Part shown: positions 1-9,178 of the stretch, piece by piece
Numbering within the stretch: position 1 is the first letter of the stretch
Layout: each line of letters starts with the position of its first letter
From: Elusimicrobiota bacterium
GTDB taxonomy: Bacteria; Elusimicrobiota; Elusimicrobia; 2-02-FULL-39-32
Direction of reading: 5' to 3'
Assembly: GCA_016180425.1 (NCBI GenBank)
Contig: JACPBF010000002.1
Coordinates: forward strand, 48,169-112,168
Length of the DNA: 64,000 nucleotides
Notes under the pieces: generated by a model
What the model was told of the DNA's origin: nothing
Database searches by the model: none
Seen by the model: only the letters and a program-made list of their open reading frames with translations
Program-made: the position numbers and the translations under genes

Positions 1-2503
1 ACAATGACTTGTAAATTTTCTTTTCCTCCGTAGAAATATTCTCTCTTGAGAATACATATGGAGGATTCCCAATCGCAATATCAAAGCAACTCGAAACTCC
101 GAACATCCATTCTGGATCAAAGAAAGGACTGGATGCATTCTGGTCATAGGGATCCCAGCCAGCAAGTTGGCGTGCGGTTTCATTATCCCATCCGCTATCA
201 ATCAGAATATCTCCCATTTTCTTCCGTAGCGACTGGTCATCTTCCCGTAGCTTCCGTTTGGTTGCCGGAGTTTTGGCAGAAAAGAGGCGGTGCCGAACAT
301 CTTTCAATTTTTCTTCCAGTTCATTGACTGCTTTGTTATCAAATAGGCTACCCGCGTAATCTCTTGCTTTAGGGTTTTCAATGCCAATCAGAGTATTTGC
401 GGCCACAAATTTGGTTTCAAGGTTTGGTAGGGGTCGGATGCCAAAATTGTCTTTGGTTTTATCCGTTTTCTGGTCAACGATGAGAGATATAAAGAAACGG
501 AGCTTGCTGATTTGTGTTGCTATCGGTTGGATGTCCACACCGTAGATGCAGTTTTCTATCAGATAGAGCTTGCGTCCGTAGTCCAGTTCGTTACCGGCAA
601 AAGCAGTTTCAATATCAGCTATGAGGTTATCCCGGATTTCAGGATCATCAATTGCCCGCGCTTTATCAATTTGCCGTTCCTTCCAGAGTTTATTCTGTGG
701 GTCGAGTTTGTGCAAAATATGCACCAGTTTATGTAGTATTCCCATCGGGAATGCTCCACTCCCGCAGGCAGGGTCAAGGATTTTACAGGTGTCTATGGCA
801 TTGATTAAAACCGCCGTTTGTTTTTCGTCAAATAAATGTTCTTTTTCGTTGTAGCCGATAAGAAATTCAAGCCCCGCTTGAGCGTCTTCTGTATTCATAC
901 CTGCTTCAGTTTCTAATTTCTGCTTGAGATACGCCTTGATGCTTTCATCCACCATGTAATTGACGATTTCGCGCGGTGTATAAAATGAACCGGTTTGCTT
1001 GCGGGCGGTGGTTTTAGTTTCCGGGTTGTAGCTGGCAAGAAGATTTTCAAACACCCTGCCCAGAAGTTCCGGGTCAAGGGCGACTTCTTCTTCAATGGGG
1101 GTATTCTCTGTAATGGTAAATTTATATGCCTTTAGGATATTAATAAGTCCGTTGACAGTGACATCTTTCTGTTTTTTATCGTCCAGCTCCTCACTCAAAT
1201 CGGTATGTTCCCCAGTCCCGAAAAAGATGTAATCAGGAACAGATAGAACATTATCCTTTCTATCGGAGAATCCATCCTCATAGATGATGACATCCCCGCC
1301 TTTTTTGCCTTTCTTATCAGGGTCGGGACTATCAAGGCACTCGAAAAGTCCGCCGTTCATAAAAGGGACAACATCTTCCACGAGTTTTAAAAACGCCTTT
1401 GGATTTTTAAAATAGTTTTCATACCGCATCATGTTCGTAACATTCATCTGCTGACCCTCTTTGCGGAATTCCCTTTTCCCTACGGTCTGGTTGAGGGTCG
1501 CGAAAAACAGATTTTGCAGGATGGCACGATAGTATTTGCTCCCCTGCGTTCTATGGTCAAAACTCTTTTTCTTTCGCGGTTCAAAGCCGTCAATAAGATG
1601 ATCTTTAATATAGTTTTCATCAAACAGTTCGTCCGGTATAAGGTTCTTCTCTTTAATAAACCATACAAAGAGTATCCGTGTTAAGAGGCGGATCAGATTT
1701 TTAGCATTATGTTCGCGGACCTTATCTTCCCGTTGATACAAACCCTTTTTGTCCGCTTCCAGAGAGGCCCCGGGGAAAACGACCTCTTTCATTGCCCAGA
1801 AATACCAGTTGGAAAGTTCTTTATAAAATTTTTTGTTGAGTTCTTTGGTATCGAGAGTTTTCTGCCAGGCGTTATGGAGTTCAACAAAATTTGAAAACTT
1901 GTGCATATGAGAGAGTTCTTCAAACGAAAGGTCAAACAAGATTTCAACGTGAGCACGGTGGGGGTTTTCAACAGAAATATCTTTGATGAGGGTCACTTTT
2001 TCAAGAACATCCTTGCTTTCGTCCCGTTTGTGTAGCCGGCGGTTAATGACAGAAAGTGTTAAGCAGTTGCCATGCCTAAACAGTATCATTACAGGCATCG
2101 GGAAAAGCTTGTTTACTTCGCGGGCAATTTGGCTTAGTTTGGTTCGGCTATACTGTTCGCTAGAAAGCTGGATGGCAAAGAAAAGGTAGGATTCAATGAC
2201 GGTATTGTCAACGCGGCCAGCGTCGAACAGTGAGTTCTGGTTATCGATCTCACTTTTTGAAATTTGAAACAGCAGGTCAACATATTTCCAATCAGAAGTT
2301 AGTGCTTTTTCTTCATTGAACTGGCTGCTACCATCAATGTAATTTTCCTTGAAACAGGCGTAGGTCTGTTTTTCAAGAGGGGATTGTCTTGTAGTGTTGT
2401 AACCAAGAGTTTTGAAAAGCTTGATCGCTTTTTCGGTTAGATTAGCATTCTTTAATTCTTTTAGGGCAGATTGAATATTTTGTTTGGACTCGATAGCTGT
2501 CAT
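1..2503 (-). CDS. Type IIG (Eco57I-like) restriction-modification N6-adenine methyltransferase/endonuclease, 3' end outside window
   Basis: Missing from the ORF track because it has no stop in the window. Manual translation from ATG 2503 (MTAIESKQNIQ...) gives ELLGRVFENLL, TGSFYTPREIV, LDPACGSGAF (~749-778), IYGVDIQ and GNPPY (56-70) in frame. Starts 3 nt after the helicase stop. Confidence 0.9.
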   Translation of the reverse strand, partial: MTAIESKQNIQSALKELKNANLTEKAIKLFKTLGYNTTRQSPLEKQTYACFKENYIDGSSQFNEEKALTSDWKYVDLLFQISKSEIDNQNSLFDAGRVDNTVIESYLFFAIQLSSEQYSRTKLSQIAREVNKLFPMPVMILFRHGNCLTLSVINRRLHKRDESKDVLEKVTLIKDISVENPHRAHVEILFDLSFEELSHMHKFSNFVELHNAWQKTLDTKELNKKFYKELSNWYFWAMKEVVFPGASLEADKKGLYQREDKVREHNAKNLIRLLTRILFVWFIKEKNLIPDELFDENYIKDHLIDGFEPRKKKSFDHRTQGSKYYRAILQNLFFATLNQTVGKREFRKEGQQMNVTNMMRYENYFKNPKAFLKLVEDVVPFMNGGLFECLDSPDPDKKGKKGGDVIIYEDGFSDRKDNVLSVPDYIFFGTGEHTDLSEELDDKKQKDVTVNGLINILKAYKFTITENTPIEEEVALDPELLGRVFENLLASYNPETKTTARKQTGSFYTPREIVNYMVDESIKAYLKQKLETEAGMNTEDAQAGLEFLIGYNEKEHLFDEKQTAVLINAIDTCKILDPACGSGAFPMGILHKLVHILHKLDPQNKLWKERQIDKARAIDDPEIRDNLIADIETAFAGNELDYGRKLYLIENCIYGVDIQPIATQISKLRFFISLIVDQKTDKTKDNFGIRPLPNLETKFVAANTLIGIENPKARDYAGSLFDNKAVNELEEKLKDVRHRLFSAKTPATKRKLREDDQSLRKKMGDILIDSGWDNETARQLAGWDPYDQNASSPFFDPEWMFGVSSCFDIAIGNPPYVFSRENISTEEKKIYKSL

Positions 2504-2506
2504 TTA

Positions 2507-5500
2507 CTATCTCACTATTAGCCATGTGATTAGTTCAAAACTCTCCAAGTCATCCACCTGTTTTGTTTTGGGGATCACGAGGGCGCTCCGATCGGAAGTC
2601 AGCTTTTGGCTTCCACGCTTTTTAAAGACATGAACAATTTCTGAAACTGCCTTTTTGAGCAATTCAGAGTATTTTTCCATTTTTTCGCCATTGTTTGTTT
2701 CTTCATTAAAAAGCTCGCATAGTCTTTCATAGGGCTCTTTGCGCCCTTGGCTAATGAGCCGAAATATTTCCAAAATCTGTTTTGCGTTCGTGTAATTGTA
2801 CCGAACCGTATTGTCGTCACGGATATAAACGAGAAAATAGGGTTGAAGCGGGTTTACCTCTTCGTTGCCATCCGTATCACCTTTTTGCCTCAGACAGTAA
2901 ATAACGCCTGGTTTGATGATCTCTTTTTCGGTTGCCGTAAAATCATGATTAGTAATGAGGCTTGCATGTTCACCTGATGGAGAAGGAACAACCGCATATA
3001 AACCGAATGGAGCATTTTCCAGCTTTTGCCTGTTGCTTTCTAAGTAGGATAAAAGTTCTATACGAAAATCATCAAGAGTAAAATCGGTCAAGGAAACGGA
3101 TTCATTCATTTCCTCAAGATCAAGGACTTCATCACGGAGCTTTTTAAGTTGTTGGTTGCGGTATTTCAGATCATCGGAAATAAGTTCCTCAATCTGTTCT
3201 GTGTTAAGTATATTATCCTCGCCTGTGGCGGTAACATCCACCAGCGCCATACGCGCTTCAACCCGTTCTTTCAGATTGATGTAGTTATCGAGATCCTTGG
3301 TGGGCCAAAAATTTACTAGCTGAATAGCATTATTTTTGCTTCCTAACCTGTCAATGCGGCCGAAACGCTGGATAATTCGCACCGGATTCCAGTGAATATC
3401 ATAGTTAATTAAATAATCACAGTCCTGAAGGTTTTGTCCTTCGCTGATACAGTCCGTCGCTATAAGAATATCAATTTGTCCCTTTAGTGGCGCTATATTC
3501 AGTTTTGAACGGTTTTTCGACAGGGGAGAGAAGTTGGTCAGAATGCTGTCATAATCATTTTTTCCGAAGGTTGTTTGAGAGTATGAACCAGAGACAAGAG
3601 CGGATTCAAGTTTTAATTCATCTTTAATCCATTCTTTTAAATTCTTATAAAGATATTCAGCGGTGTCCGCAAAGGCGGTAAAAACTACAACTTTTTTATT
3701 GTTATTATTAAGCTGATTATTCAATTTTTTCTGAATAACCTGTTTCAACTCATGTAGTTTAGCATCCCGTTCAGGAGTTACTGCGATGGCATTGTTATAA
3801 AGATCAACTAGAGCTTCTTTGTCTGATTTAAGATCTTCGAGCCATCCTTTAGCACCTTTAAGATTTAGGTCAGCAAGATCAAACTTCAGTTTTTTTCCCA
3901 CCTGCCATGCGTCATGATCATCGGAGGATTCTTCCAATTCTTCTTCGTCTGGTTCCAGTGATTCAAGGGTTTCTTCCTGGTTTTTTGCTTTGCCGGAAAG
4001 AAAACTGTTAATTTTATCTTCGAGGTTTTCAATCTTTTTAATGGTTCTGTCCAAGGAAATTTCGAACGATTCAATCGAGCTCTCAAGCCGTTTTAAATAG
4101 TTAACTTTCATCATGCCGATCAGGAAGTGTTCACGGTCACTTTGTTTAAAGGATAGCACTCCCGATGTTGCAGCTAATTTTTCGTATTTGTCTTTCATCT
4201 CATCCTTAACATATGCGGAAGGGTTAAAGACAGACAATTTGTACCTCAGAATTTCTTTGTTCAATCGGTCATAAGTGGGAAATCTGTTTTTCAGATCAAT
4301 GGTCGGATATACAGAAACGGGTTTGAGTCGTTCCGGGAACTTTCCTATTTCCTCAATGTTATAGAAAGATTTAATATGCTTCCGACTGCGCGCGATGGTT
4401 AACTCGTCCAGCAGTTTAAAGAAAGCTGAATCAAGTCGATCAAGTAACTGTTTTAGGTTCCTTAATGGATTTTTCTTGGGATCGGCCCAATTCGTAAAAT
4501 GAGTTTGAGCATTTTTTAGCGTAAAAGCAATATCCTTGATACCGCTTGTTAATAGTAAAGCATCGTCTTTGCCTTCAGTTATCAGGGCTATCTGATTCCT
4601 CAAATCTCTAAGAGAATTATTCACGGGTGTTGCCGAAAGCATAAGCACTCTTGTTTTCACTCCAGATTTTATGACTTTTTCCATAAGCCATTTTGCCCGG
4701 TTCATTTTGATAGTGCCATCATCTTTAATTCTTTCCAAAGGGTTACCCCTGAAATTGTGCGATTCGTCTATGACAATAAGATCATACGCTCCCCAGTTGA
4801 AATTATCCATCTCAATACCGTTTGCATCTGATTTTCCACTGATTCTTCCCATATCGGTATGATAAAGAACCGTATAATTAAATCGATCTTTGACGAAAGG
4901 ATTTAGAGTATGACCTTGGCTGGCTTGATAAATCGTCCAGTTCCCCGACAGTTTTTTGGGGCAAATAACAAGAACCCTCTGATTGAGAAGCTCAAAATAC
5001 TTTATTACTGCGAGTCCTTCATAAGTTTTGCCAAGACCCACGCTATCGGCAATTACACAGCCATTATGTTTCAGGATTTTGTTGATAGCACCCTTTACTC
5101 CATCCTTTTGAAAGTCATAGAGAGTATTCCAAATTTCACTTTCAAAAAATCCGGTTCTTTCATTAAGAAGTCCACCTTTCTTCTGATCATCAAGAAAATC
5201 TTTAAATATGTGATAAAGAGTTTTAAAATAAATGAACTCCGGTTCATTCTCAGCATATAATTGTGTAATATATTTCAGTACATCCTCTTTTACATCTTGA
5301 ACAAGCCCAGTATTGTCATTCCACAAAGAATCAAACCATTGTTTTAAGTCCTGGCGGTCTCGATCACTATCGATAACCAAATTTAGTTCAATATTCTTGC
5401 TTCCACCCATGCCAAGCCCGTTGACAGTGAAGTTGGAACTGCCGATAATTGCTTTTTCCACACCGCTTGGTTGTTCGATATGGTACATTTTGCCATGCAG

Positions 5501-5854
5501 AAAATTGGGTTTTACCATAGATTTAATTTCAGCTTTATTTTTCAGCCATTCGTAGCAATCACGCGCCACCGACTTTTGTTGAAGACGGTTTGCAATGGGA
5601 ATTACAAGGGTATCGTCTTCAATTTTAAACTCGCGCTGGTTTTTCTTTTCTGGGTCAAGCACTTTTATAAAGGTGGGCTCACCAAATAGAAAGCGAAGTT
5701 TGCTGATAGGATCGAGATTTTTTTTTAAGGAATGATACGCATAAATAGTAAAGTACGCTGACACAATCGATAGTTTAGAATCATTTATAATTGCAGACTG
5801 CAAGAAATTTCCTACAGTTCCAAAATTATGATTGTCTCGGATCGATGTGCTCAT
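2507..5854 (-). CDS. PLD-nuclease domain + SNF2-like SF2 helicase
   Basis: N-terminal HGK...GSSNFT (PLD HKD-like). Helicase motifs DSVGLGKT, DESH, SATP, SEGQNLQ, QRFGRIDR. Confidence 0.9.
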   Translation of the reverse strand: MSTSIRDNHNFGTVGNFLQSAIINDSKLSIVSAYFTIYAYHSLKKNLDPISKLRFLFGEPTFIKVLDPEKKNQREFKIEDDTLVIPIANRLQQKSVARDCYEWLKNKAEIKSMVKPNFLHGKMYHIEQPSGVEKAIIGSSNFTVNGLGMGGSKNIELNLVIDSDRDRQDLKQWFDSLWNDNTGLVQDVKEDVLKYITQLYAENEPEFIYFKTLYHIFKDFLDDQKKGGLLNERTGFFESEIWNTLYDFQKDGVKGAINKILKHNGCVIADSVGLGKTYEGLAVIKYFELLNQRVLVICPKKLSGNWTIYQASQGHTLNPFVKDRFNYTVLYHTDMGRISGKSDANGIEMDNFNWGAYDLIVIDESHNFRGNPLERIKDDGTIKMNRAKWLMEKVIKSGVKTRVLMLSATPVNNSLRDLRNQIALITEGKDDALLLTSGIKDIAFTLKNAQTHFTNWADPKKNPLRNLKQLLDRLDSAFFKLLDELTIARSRKHIKSFYNIEEIGKFPERLKPVSVYPTIDLKNRFPTYDRLNKEILRYKLSVFNPSAYVKDEMKDKYEKLAATSGVLSFKQSDREHFLIGMMKVNYLKRLESSIESFEISLDRTIKKIENLEDKINSFLSGKAKNQEETLESLEPDEEELEESSDDHDAWQVGKKLKFDLADLNLKGAKGWLEDLKSDKEALVDLYNNAIAVTPERDAKLHELKQVIQKKLNNQLNNNNKKVVVFTAFADTAEYLYKNLKEWIKDELKLESALVSGSYSQTTFGKNDYDSILTNFSPLSKNRSKLNIAPLKGQIDILIATDCISEGQNLQDCDYLINYDIHWNPVRIIQRFGRIDRLGSKNNAIQLVNFWPTKDLDNYINLKERVEARMALVDVTATGEDNILNTEQIEELISDDLKYRNQQLKKLRDEVLDLEEMNESVSLTDFTLDDFRIELLSYLESNRQKLENAPFGLYAVVPSPSGEHASLITNHDFTATEKEIIKPGVIYCLRQKGDTDGNEEVNPLQPYFLVYIRDDNTVRYNYTNAKQILEIFRLISQGRKEPYERLCELFNEETNNGEKMEKYSELLKKAVSEIVHVFKKRGSQKLTSDRSALVIPKTKQVDDLESFELITWLIVR

Positions 5855-5993
5855 TTAACCACTCCATAGTTGGGCATATTTACTTTTTGTTCCGTTGTAA
5901 ACATCCGTTAATTACATCTTGATGAAACTGACAGTGTTTGCCCACCGAATGCCGGACAGCGAACCTTTCTGCGCAAGTTTATAGATAACAAAT

Positions 5994-6461
5994 TTAAAAA
6001 TTCTCACATGGCGGGTACTGTTCTGGAGCTTCCCCAAACTTTTTCAGTACAACGGGTTTTTTGTTTTTCGATCGTTTCCGCACCTCAATCAAATTTACAA
6101 AAAATTGCCAGCCATCCCCATAATCAAAGAGAAAAATTAATTTCTCGCCAGTCGTTTGAAATGCGTCACACACCTTTGACTTTTTAACGCCTCTCGCCCA
6201 CGGCACGGTGGGTTCTTCTCCCACATCCAAAAAATATTCAAAAACTATCTTTGCTTCCAGCTTTCTGTCCAACGTATCATAAAAGCCAAAACAATGATCG
6301 AAGTTAAAACCAAAGGCCTTCACAATAGTTTGAGCGAATTTATATAAAGACGCCTGCCCGTTGATTCGAATTACCCGCCGAGCAATGCCTTTATTTCCAA
6401 CTACAGAAATATCAAAAACATAATCGCTATTGGCCATTATTGCGCTGGTTTTAGATATCAC
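5994..6461 (-). CDS. pRiA4b ORF-3 / IS1096 passenger TnpR-like protein
   Basis: AFGFNFDHCFGF, FLFDYGDGWQF and GEAPEQYP motifs typical of the family. The true start may be ATG 6437. Confidence 0.75.
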   Translation of the reverse strand: MISKTSAIMANSDYVFDISVVGNKGIARRVIRINGQASLYKFAQTIVKAFGFNFDHCFGFYDTLDRKLEAKIVFEYFLDVGEEPTVPWARGVKKSKVCDAFQTTGEKLIFLFDYGDGWQFFVNLIEVRKRSKNKKPVVLKKFGEAPEQYPPCENF

Positions 6462-6503
6462 AGTTTTACCTCAGCAAAAGTTTTAAAAATCAACCGAAAA
6501 ACC

Positions 6504-6540
6504 TACCGATAATCGTACCGTAATCGTCGGTTTCTGTCAA
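6504..6540 (-). promoter_or_regulatory. sigma70 promoter overlapped by a tandem TACCG(A)TAATCG repeat (possible operator)
   Basis: TTGACA (6540-6535), 17 bp spacer, TACGAT (6517-6512). Direct repeat at 6504-6515 and 6516-6526. Confidence 0.55.
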
Positions 6541-6600
6541 TAAATTGAGGGTAGAATTAACTATAGATAGATTAAGGTTACTTAAGAGAAATGTTTATTC

Positions 6601-6867
6601 TTTTTTGAAAATTGACAAGCGCATTTTGGCAAGTGCGAGTCCATTTTTTGGGCAAGTGTAAATCCATCTTTTCAGTAGGTGCAAGTCCATCTTGGCAAGT
6701 CCAAGCCCATTCCGGCTTTTCTGTTCACGCTCGCGCTGAAAATAGGGGTTGGGCGGGAGGAATCCCCCCAAACTTCCCCCCTCAGGAAAAATTAAAGGGA
6801 TTAATTATTAAATAATAAAAATATTCAGTTTTCAATGAATAATTACTGTGTTATTTTCAGTAATTAT
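6601..6867. repeat. Inter-cassette repeat R1 (longest copy)
   Basis: TTTTGAAAA, then ~4 degenerate GGCAAGTSCAAGYCCAT units, a shared core, GGGCGGGAGGAATCCCCCCAAACTTCCCCCCTC, an AT tract and the palindrome ATAATTACTG-N9-CAGTAATTAT (6839-6867). Confidence 0.9.
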
Positions 6868-6933
6868 ATGAGTTCATTTAAAGAAAGAGGCAGAGATTAC
6901 AAGAGAATAGCTAGAGAAAAGATAGAAAAAAAC

Positions 6934-7107
6934 TTATCTGCTTAGATGAATTCTATCTTTTGTATGTAATTTTTTCCAAAGTTCGGTCTTTTGTGTATCT
7001 TCGTGGATTTTTCTTAACCGTTCTTCCATAGAGAATTTTGCATATTTTTTGTTTAATTGTTCCCGCATCTTACGCATGTATTCAACTGATTTAAATCTCT
7101 TCTCCAT
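6934..7107 (-). CDS. 57-aa putative antitoxin/partner of PIN protein 1
   Basis: Manual ORF MEKRFKSVEYMRKMREQL...HLSR with an AAGGAGGT SD. Overlaps the PIN stop. Confidence 0.7.
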   Translation of the reverse strand: MEKRFKSVEYMRKMREQLNKKYAKFSMEERLRKIHEDTQKTELWKKLHTKDRIHLSR

Positions 7108-7558
7108 ACAACACCTCCTTGGGAGAATGAATGTCTAATAAACGATACCCCTCTTTAACATTAACTCCATTGTAGGCATGAATCCTTCTAATATTTACAA
7201 TATGTTTGAAATTCCAGCTGACTAAAACATCCACATTATGAATCGTTGCAGTTGCAATGTGAAGCGCATCAACCTCTGAGTGGTCCGGAACTGCGCCGGA
7301 AGAAATATAGGCTTGGGCAAGAGACTTAGCTTCCACCGGCAGTGCAATCTGTTCTAAAAATTCATCTGGGATTTGTTCCAAAACGTTTTTAACATGTTCG
7401 GGCGCCGGTTCCAATTCCTGAATTGTCAATTCGGAAATAACAGCAATCATTTTCCCTTGTTTTATTTTTTCAAATAGGGCAATAGAATCTAACTTAAATT
7501 CTGGGTCAAAACAGCCCCCAATAACCGAAGTATCAATGTATACTCTAAGCTTATGCAT
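7091..7558 (-). CDS. PIN-domain (VapC-like) ribonuclease toxin 1
   Basis: VYIDTSV, DALHIATA, LVSWNFKHIVN. Promoter TTGATT(7598-7593)-17-TATAAT(7575-7570). Confidence 0.88.
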   Translation of the reverse strand: MHKLRVYIDTSVIGGCFDPEFKLDSIALFEKIKQGKMIAVISELTIQELEPAPEHVKNVLEQIPDEFLEQIALPVEAKSLAQAYISSGAVPDHSEVDALHIATATIHNVDVLVSWNFKHIVNIRRIHAYNGVNVKEGYRLLDIHSPKEVLYGEEI

Positions 7559-7604
7559 GTTCTACTTTTATTATAGCCTCTAATACCTTAGAAATCAATT
7601 CATA

Positions 7605-7663
7605 AACTATACTAGTTGGCTGTGTCCTAAACTGTGTCCCATGAAGGGATATTTTGGGATATT
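7605..7663. repeat. Arm-like repeat A1 (GCTGTGTCCTAAACTGTGTCC)
   Basis: Tandem TGTGTCC with 12-bp period. About 59 bp is similar to 11520-11578, and the core recurs at 7900-7920. Confidence 0.8.
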
Positions 7664-7780
7664 TGCTGATCACTTATGATACCTTAAGATTAGTCAAAAA
7701 TGATGAGCTCTTAGACGGTGAAACCGGATTTTCTTCAACATCCGACGAAGCTGCGCAAACCTTCAAAAACAGCCAAAATC

Positions 7781-7821
7781 CGATTAAGAGTCGCTTGCTC
7801 TGCCAATTGAGCTAACAGCCC
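7781..7821 (-). pseudogene. 5' half of tRNA-Lys(CTT), att-like fragment
   Basis: GGGCTGT TA GCTC AATTGGCA GAGC A AGCGA CTCTTAA TCG: acceptor 5' strand, D arm and anticodon loop. Similarity then stops, and I saw no T arm or 3' acceptor strand in the window. Confidence 0.85.
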
Positions 7822-7899
7822 GAATGAATTAAGTTAATGCAGTAAAGATGTTACAAAAAATATATAAGAAGTTCTAGAATCAGATTAAAACAAAACGGA

Positions 7900-7920
7900 G
7901 CTGTGTCCTAAAATGTGTCC
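7900..7920. repeat. Arm-like repeat A2 (GCTGTGTCCTAAAATGTGTCC)
   Basis: 20/21 identical to the A1 core, same orientation, on the other side of the tRNA half. Confidence 0.8.
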
Positions 7921-7940
7921 TTCGGTGGGTTTATTTTTAG

Positions 7941-8690
7941 CTACACCTTTCCCCATAGATTAGTTTCTAGAAAACGTATTTCCTCAAACGCCAAAATAGC
8001 ATCTTGAGCCATAAGAAAACATTTCCAAACAAATTTATCGCTCATATAAATGATATGGGGATTACCATCTGATTTTGACCAATTAAAATAATCTATCCAG
8101 TTTTTATCCTCAATTAATTTTAAAAATCTTACCCGCTTATCTTTAGGCCATTCGTAACCGTTGTGAAGGGAAAAATTGCGATAAGTGATTAACGCACCAA
8201 GATACTTTAGAAAATCAGCTGGCAATTTAGATTCGATTCCCAGCGCGTTTACTAACTGATGTGTACCACGCATAATATTATTGGATGAGTTAATTTGCGA
8301 ATTTCTATCCAATACTTTACGTGGGTCCCAAAAATTCATTGGTTCAAGATGCCAACGGTTATGAGAATTAAGTGGTTTACGCGACCGATAGAACACCCTT
8401 AAGCATTTGAACTCATGTATAAGAAGGCTTTCAAAAAAAGAAGCAAGCACCCCAACCATAGCAAGACTACATACAACATCACGAAACTTGGACTCATGCA
8501 TCATTTCAACATATTCCTCTACATTATGATCTGTCCAGTTTCCTATAAAAGAAGGTTCCTTTATTTCAGCATTCAGATTATTTCGCCAACTATATATGGA
8601 ATGTACAAGTCCATGAATTGCAACCAAAGAATATTGGGGATCATAATCCATCGCATCCATCAATTCATTTATTTGAATTTGCTCATCCAT
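7941..8690 (-). CDS. Hypothetical protein with HEPN-like RxxxxH motif
   Basis: YRNFSLHNG motif in a helical protein. Start moved to ATG 8690 because the track's 5' extension contains TTGACA(8729-8724)-17-TAGGAT(8706-8701). Confidence 0.6.
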   Translation of the reverse strand: MDEQIQINELMDAMDYDPQYSLVAIHGLVHSIYSWRNNLNAEIKEPSFIGNWTDHNVEEYVEMMHESKFRDVVCSLAMVGVLASFFESLLIHEFKCLRVFYRSRKPLNSHNRWHLEPMNFWDPRKVLDRNSQINSSNNIMRGTHQLVNALGIESKLPADFLKYLGALITYRNFSLHNGYEWPKDKRVRFLKLIEDKNWIDYFNWSKSDGNPHIIYMSDKFVWKCFLMAQDAILAFEEIRFLETNLWGKV

Positions 8691-8779
8691 AGTAGCGATA
8701 ATCCTACAGCAATCATCGGTCTCTGTCAACAAACTCTAGCAAGTAATTTGGGTCAATAATAATCAATTTATTTCATAGA

Positions 8780-8909
8780 TTTTGAGAAACGGACGAGCCC
8801 ATCTTGGCAAGTCCAAGCCCATTCCGGATTTTCTGTTCACGCTTGCGCTGGACATAGTGGTTGGGCGGGAGGAATCCCCCCAAACTTCCCCCCTCAGGGA
8901 AAATTTAAA
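8780..8909. repeat. Inter-cassette repeat R2 (short copy, lacks terminal palindrome)
   Basis: CCCATCTTGGCAAGTCCAAGCCCATTCCGG...GGGCGGGAGGAATCCCCCCAAACTTCCCCCCTCAGG, near-identical to the R1/R3 core. Confidence 0.9.
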
Positions 8910-9004
8910 CAGGTAATATTGATTTTTACAGAGAGATTTTTAGCGAGATTTAAATATGGGAAAGTGTCGGGCTGCTTGTACAGATAGGGCGTAAAGACTT
9001 TATA

Positions 9005-9178
9005 TCAGGTTTTTGAATGTTCAAGTTTTCTTAGTTTTAGACCTAATCTTTTCTCGGCCTCTTCGGCACTGCGACGAATGGCCTCAAGTTCCTCTTTCGT
9101 ACTCATATTCTTACGCTCTTCGTATATTTTTTCTTGAATCTGATGTATCTCTCTCATCGGTCTGGGTTCATTCAGCAT
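9005..9178 (-). CDS. 57-aa putative antitoxin/partner of PIN protein 2
   Basis: Manual ORF MLNEPRPMREIHQIQEKIYEE...HSKT. Overlaps the PIN stop. Confidence 0.7.
   Translation of the reverse strand: MLNEPRPMREIHQIQEKIYEERKNMSTKEELEAIRRSAEEAEKRLGLKLRKLEHSKT

Noticed and set aside
46-2189. Short ORFs listed in the track at the left end
   Set aside because: Antisense or off-frame shadows of the unlisted methyltransferase gene (2503 to <1).
6504-6526. TACCG(A)TAATCG tandem as an integrase arm site
   Set aside because: It overlaps a good -10 box and differs from the TGTGTCC arms, so an operator is the simpler explanation.
6612-6815. 67-aa plus-strand ORF
   Set aside because: Lies wholly inside repeat R1 and is not preserved in R2 or R3.
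7781-7821. Intact tRNA-Lys gene
   Set aside because: The anticodon stem is incomplete and no T arm (GTTCGA) or 3' acceptor strand follows.
8691-8732. TTG start for the HEPN-motif gene
   Set aside because: This segment holds a well-spaced -35/-10 promoter, so ATG 8690 is more plausible.
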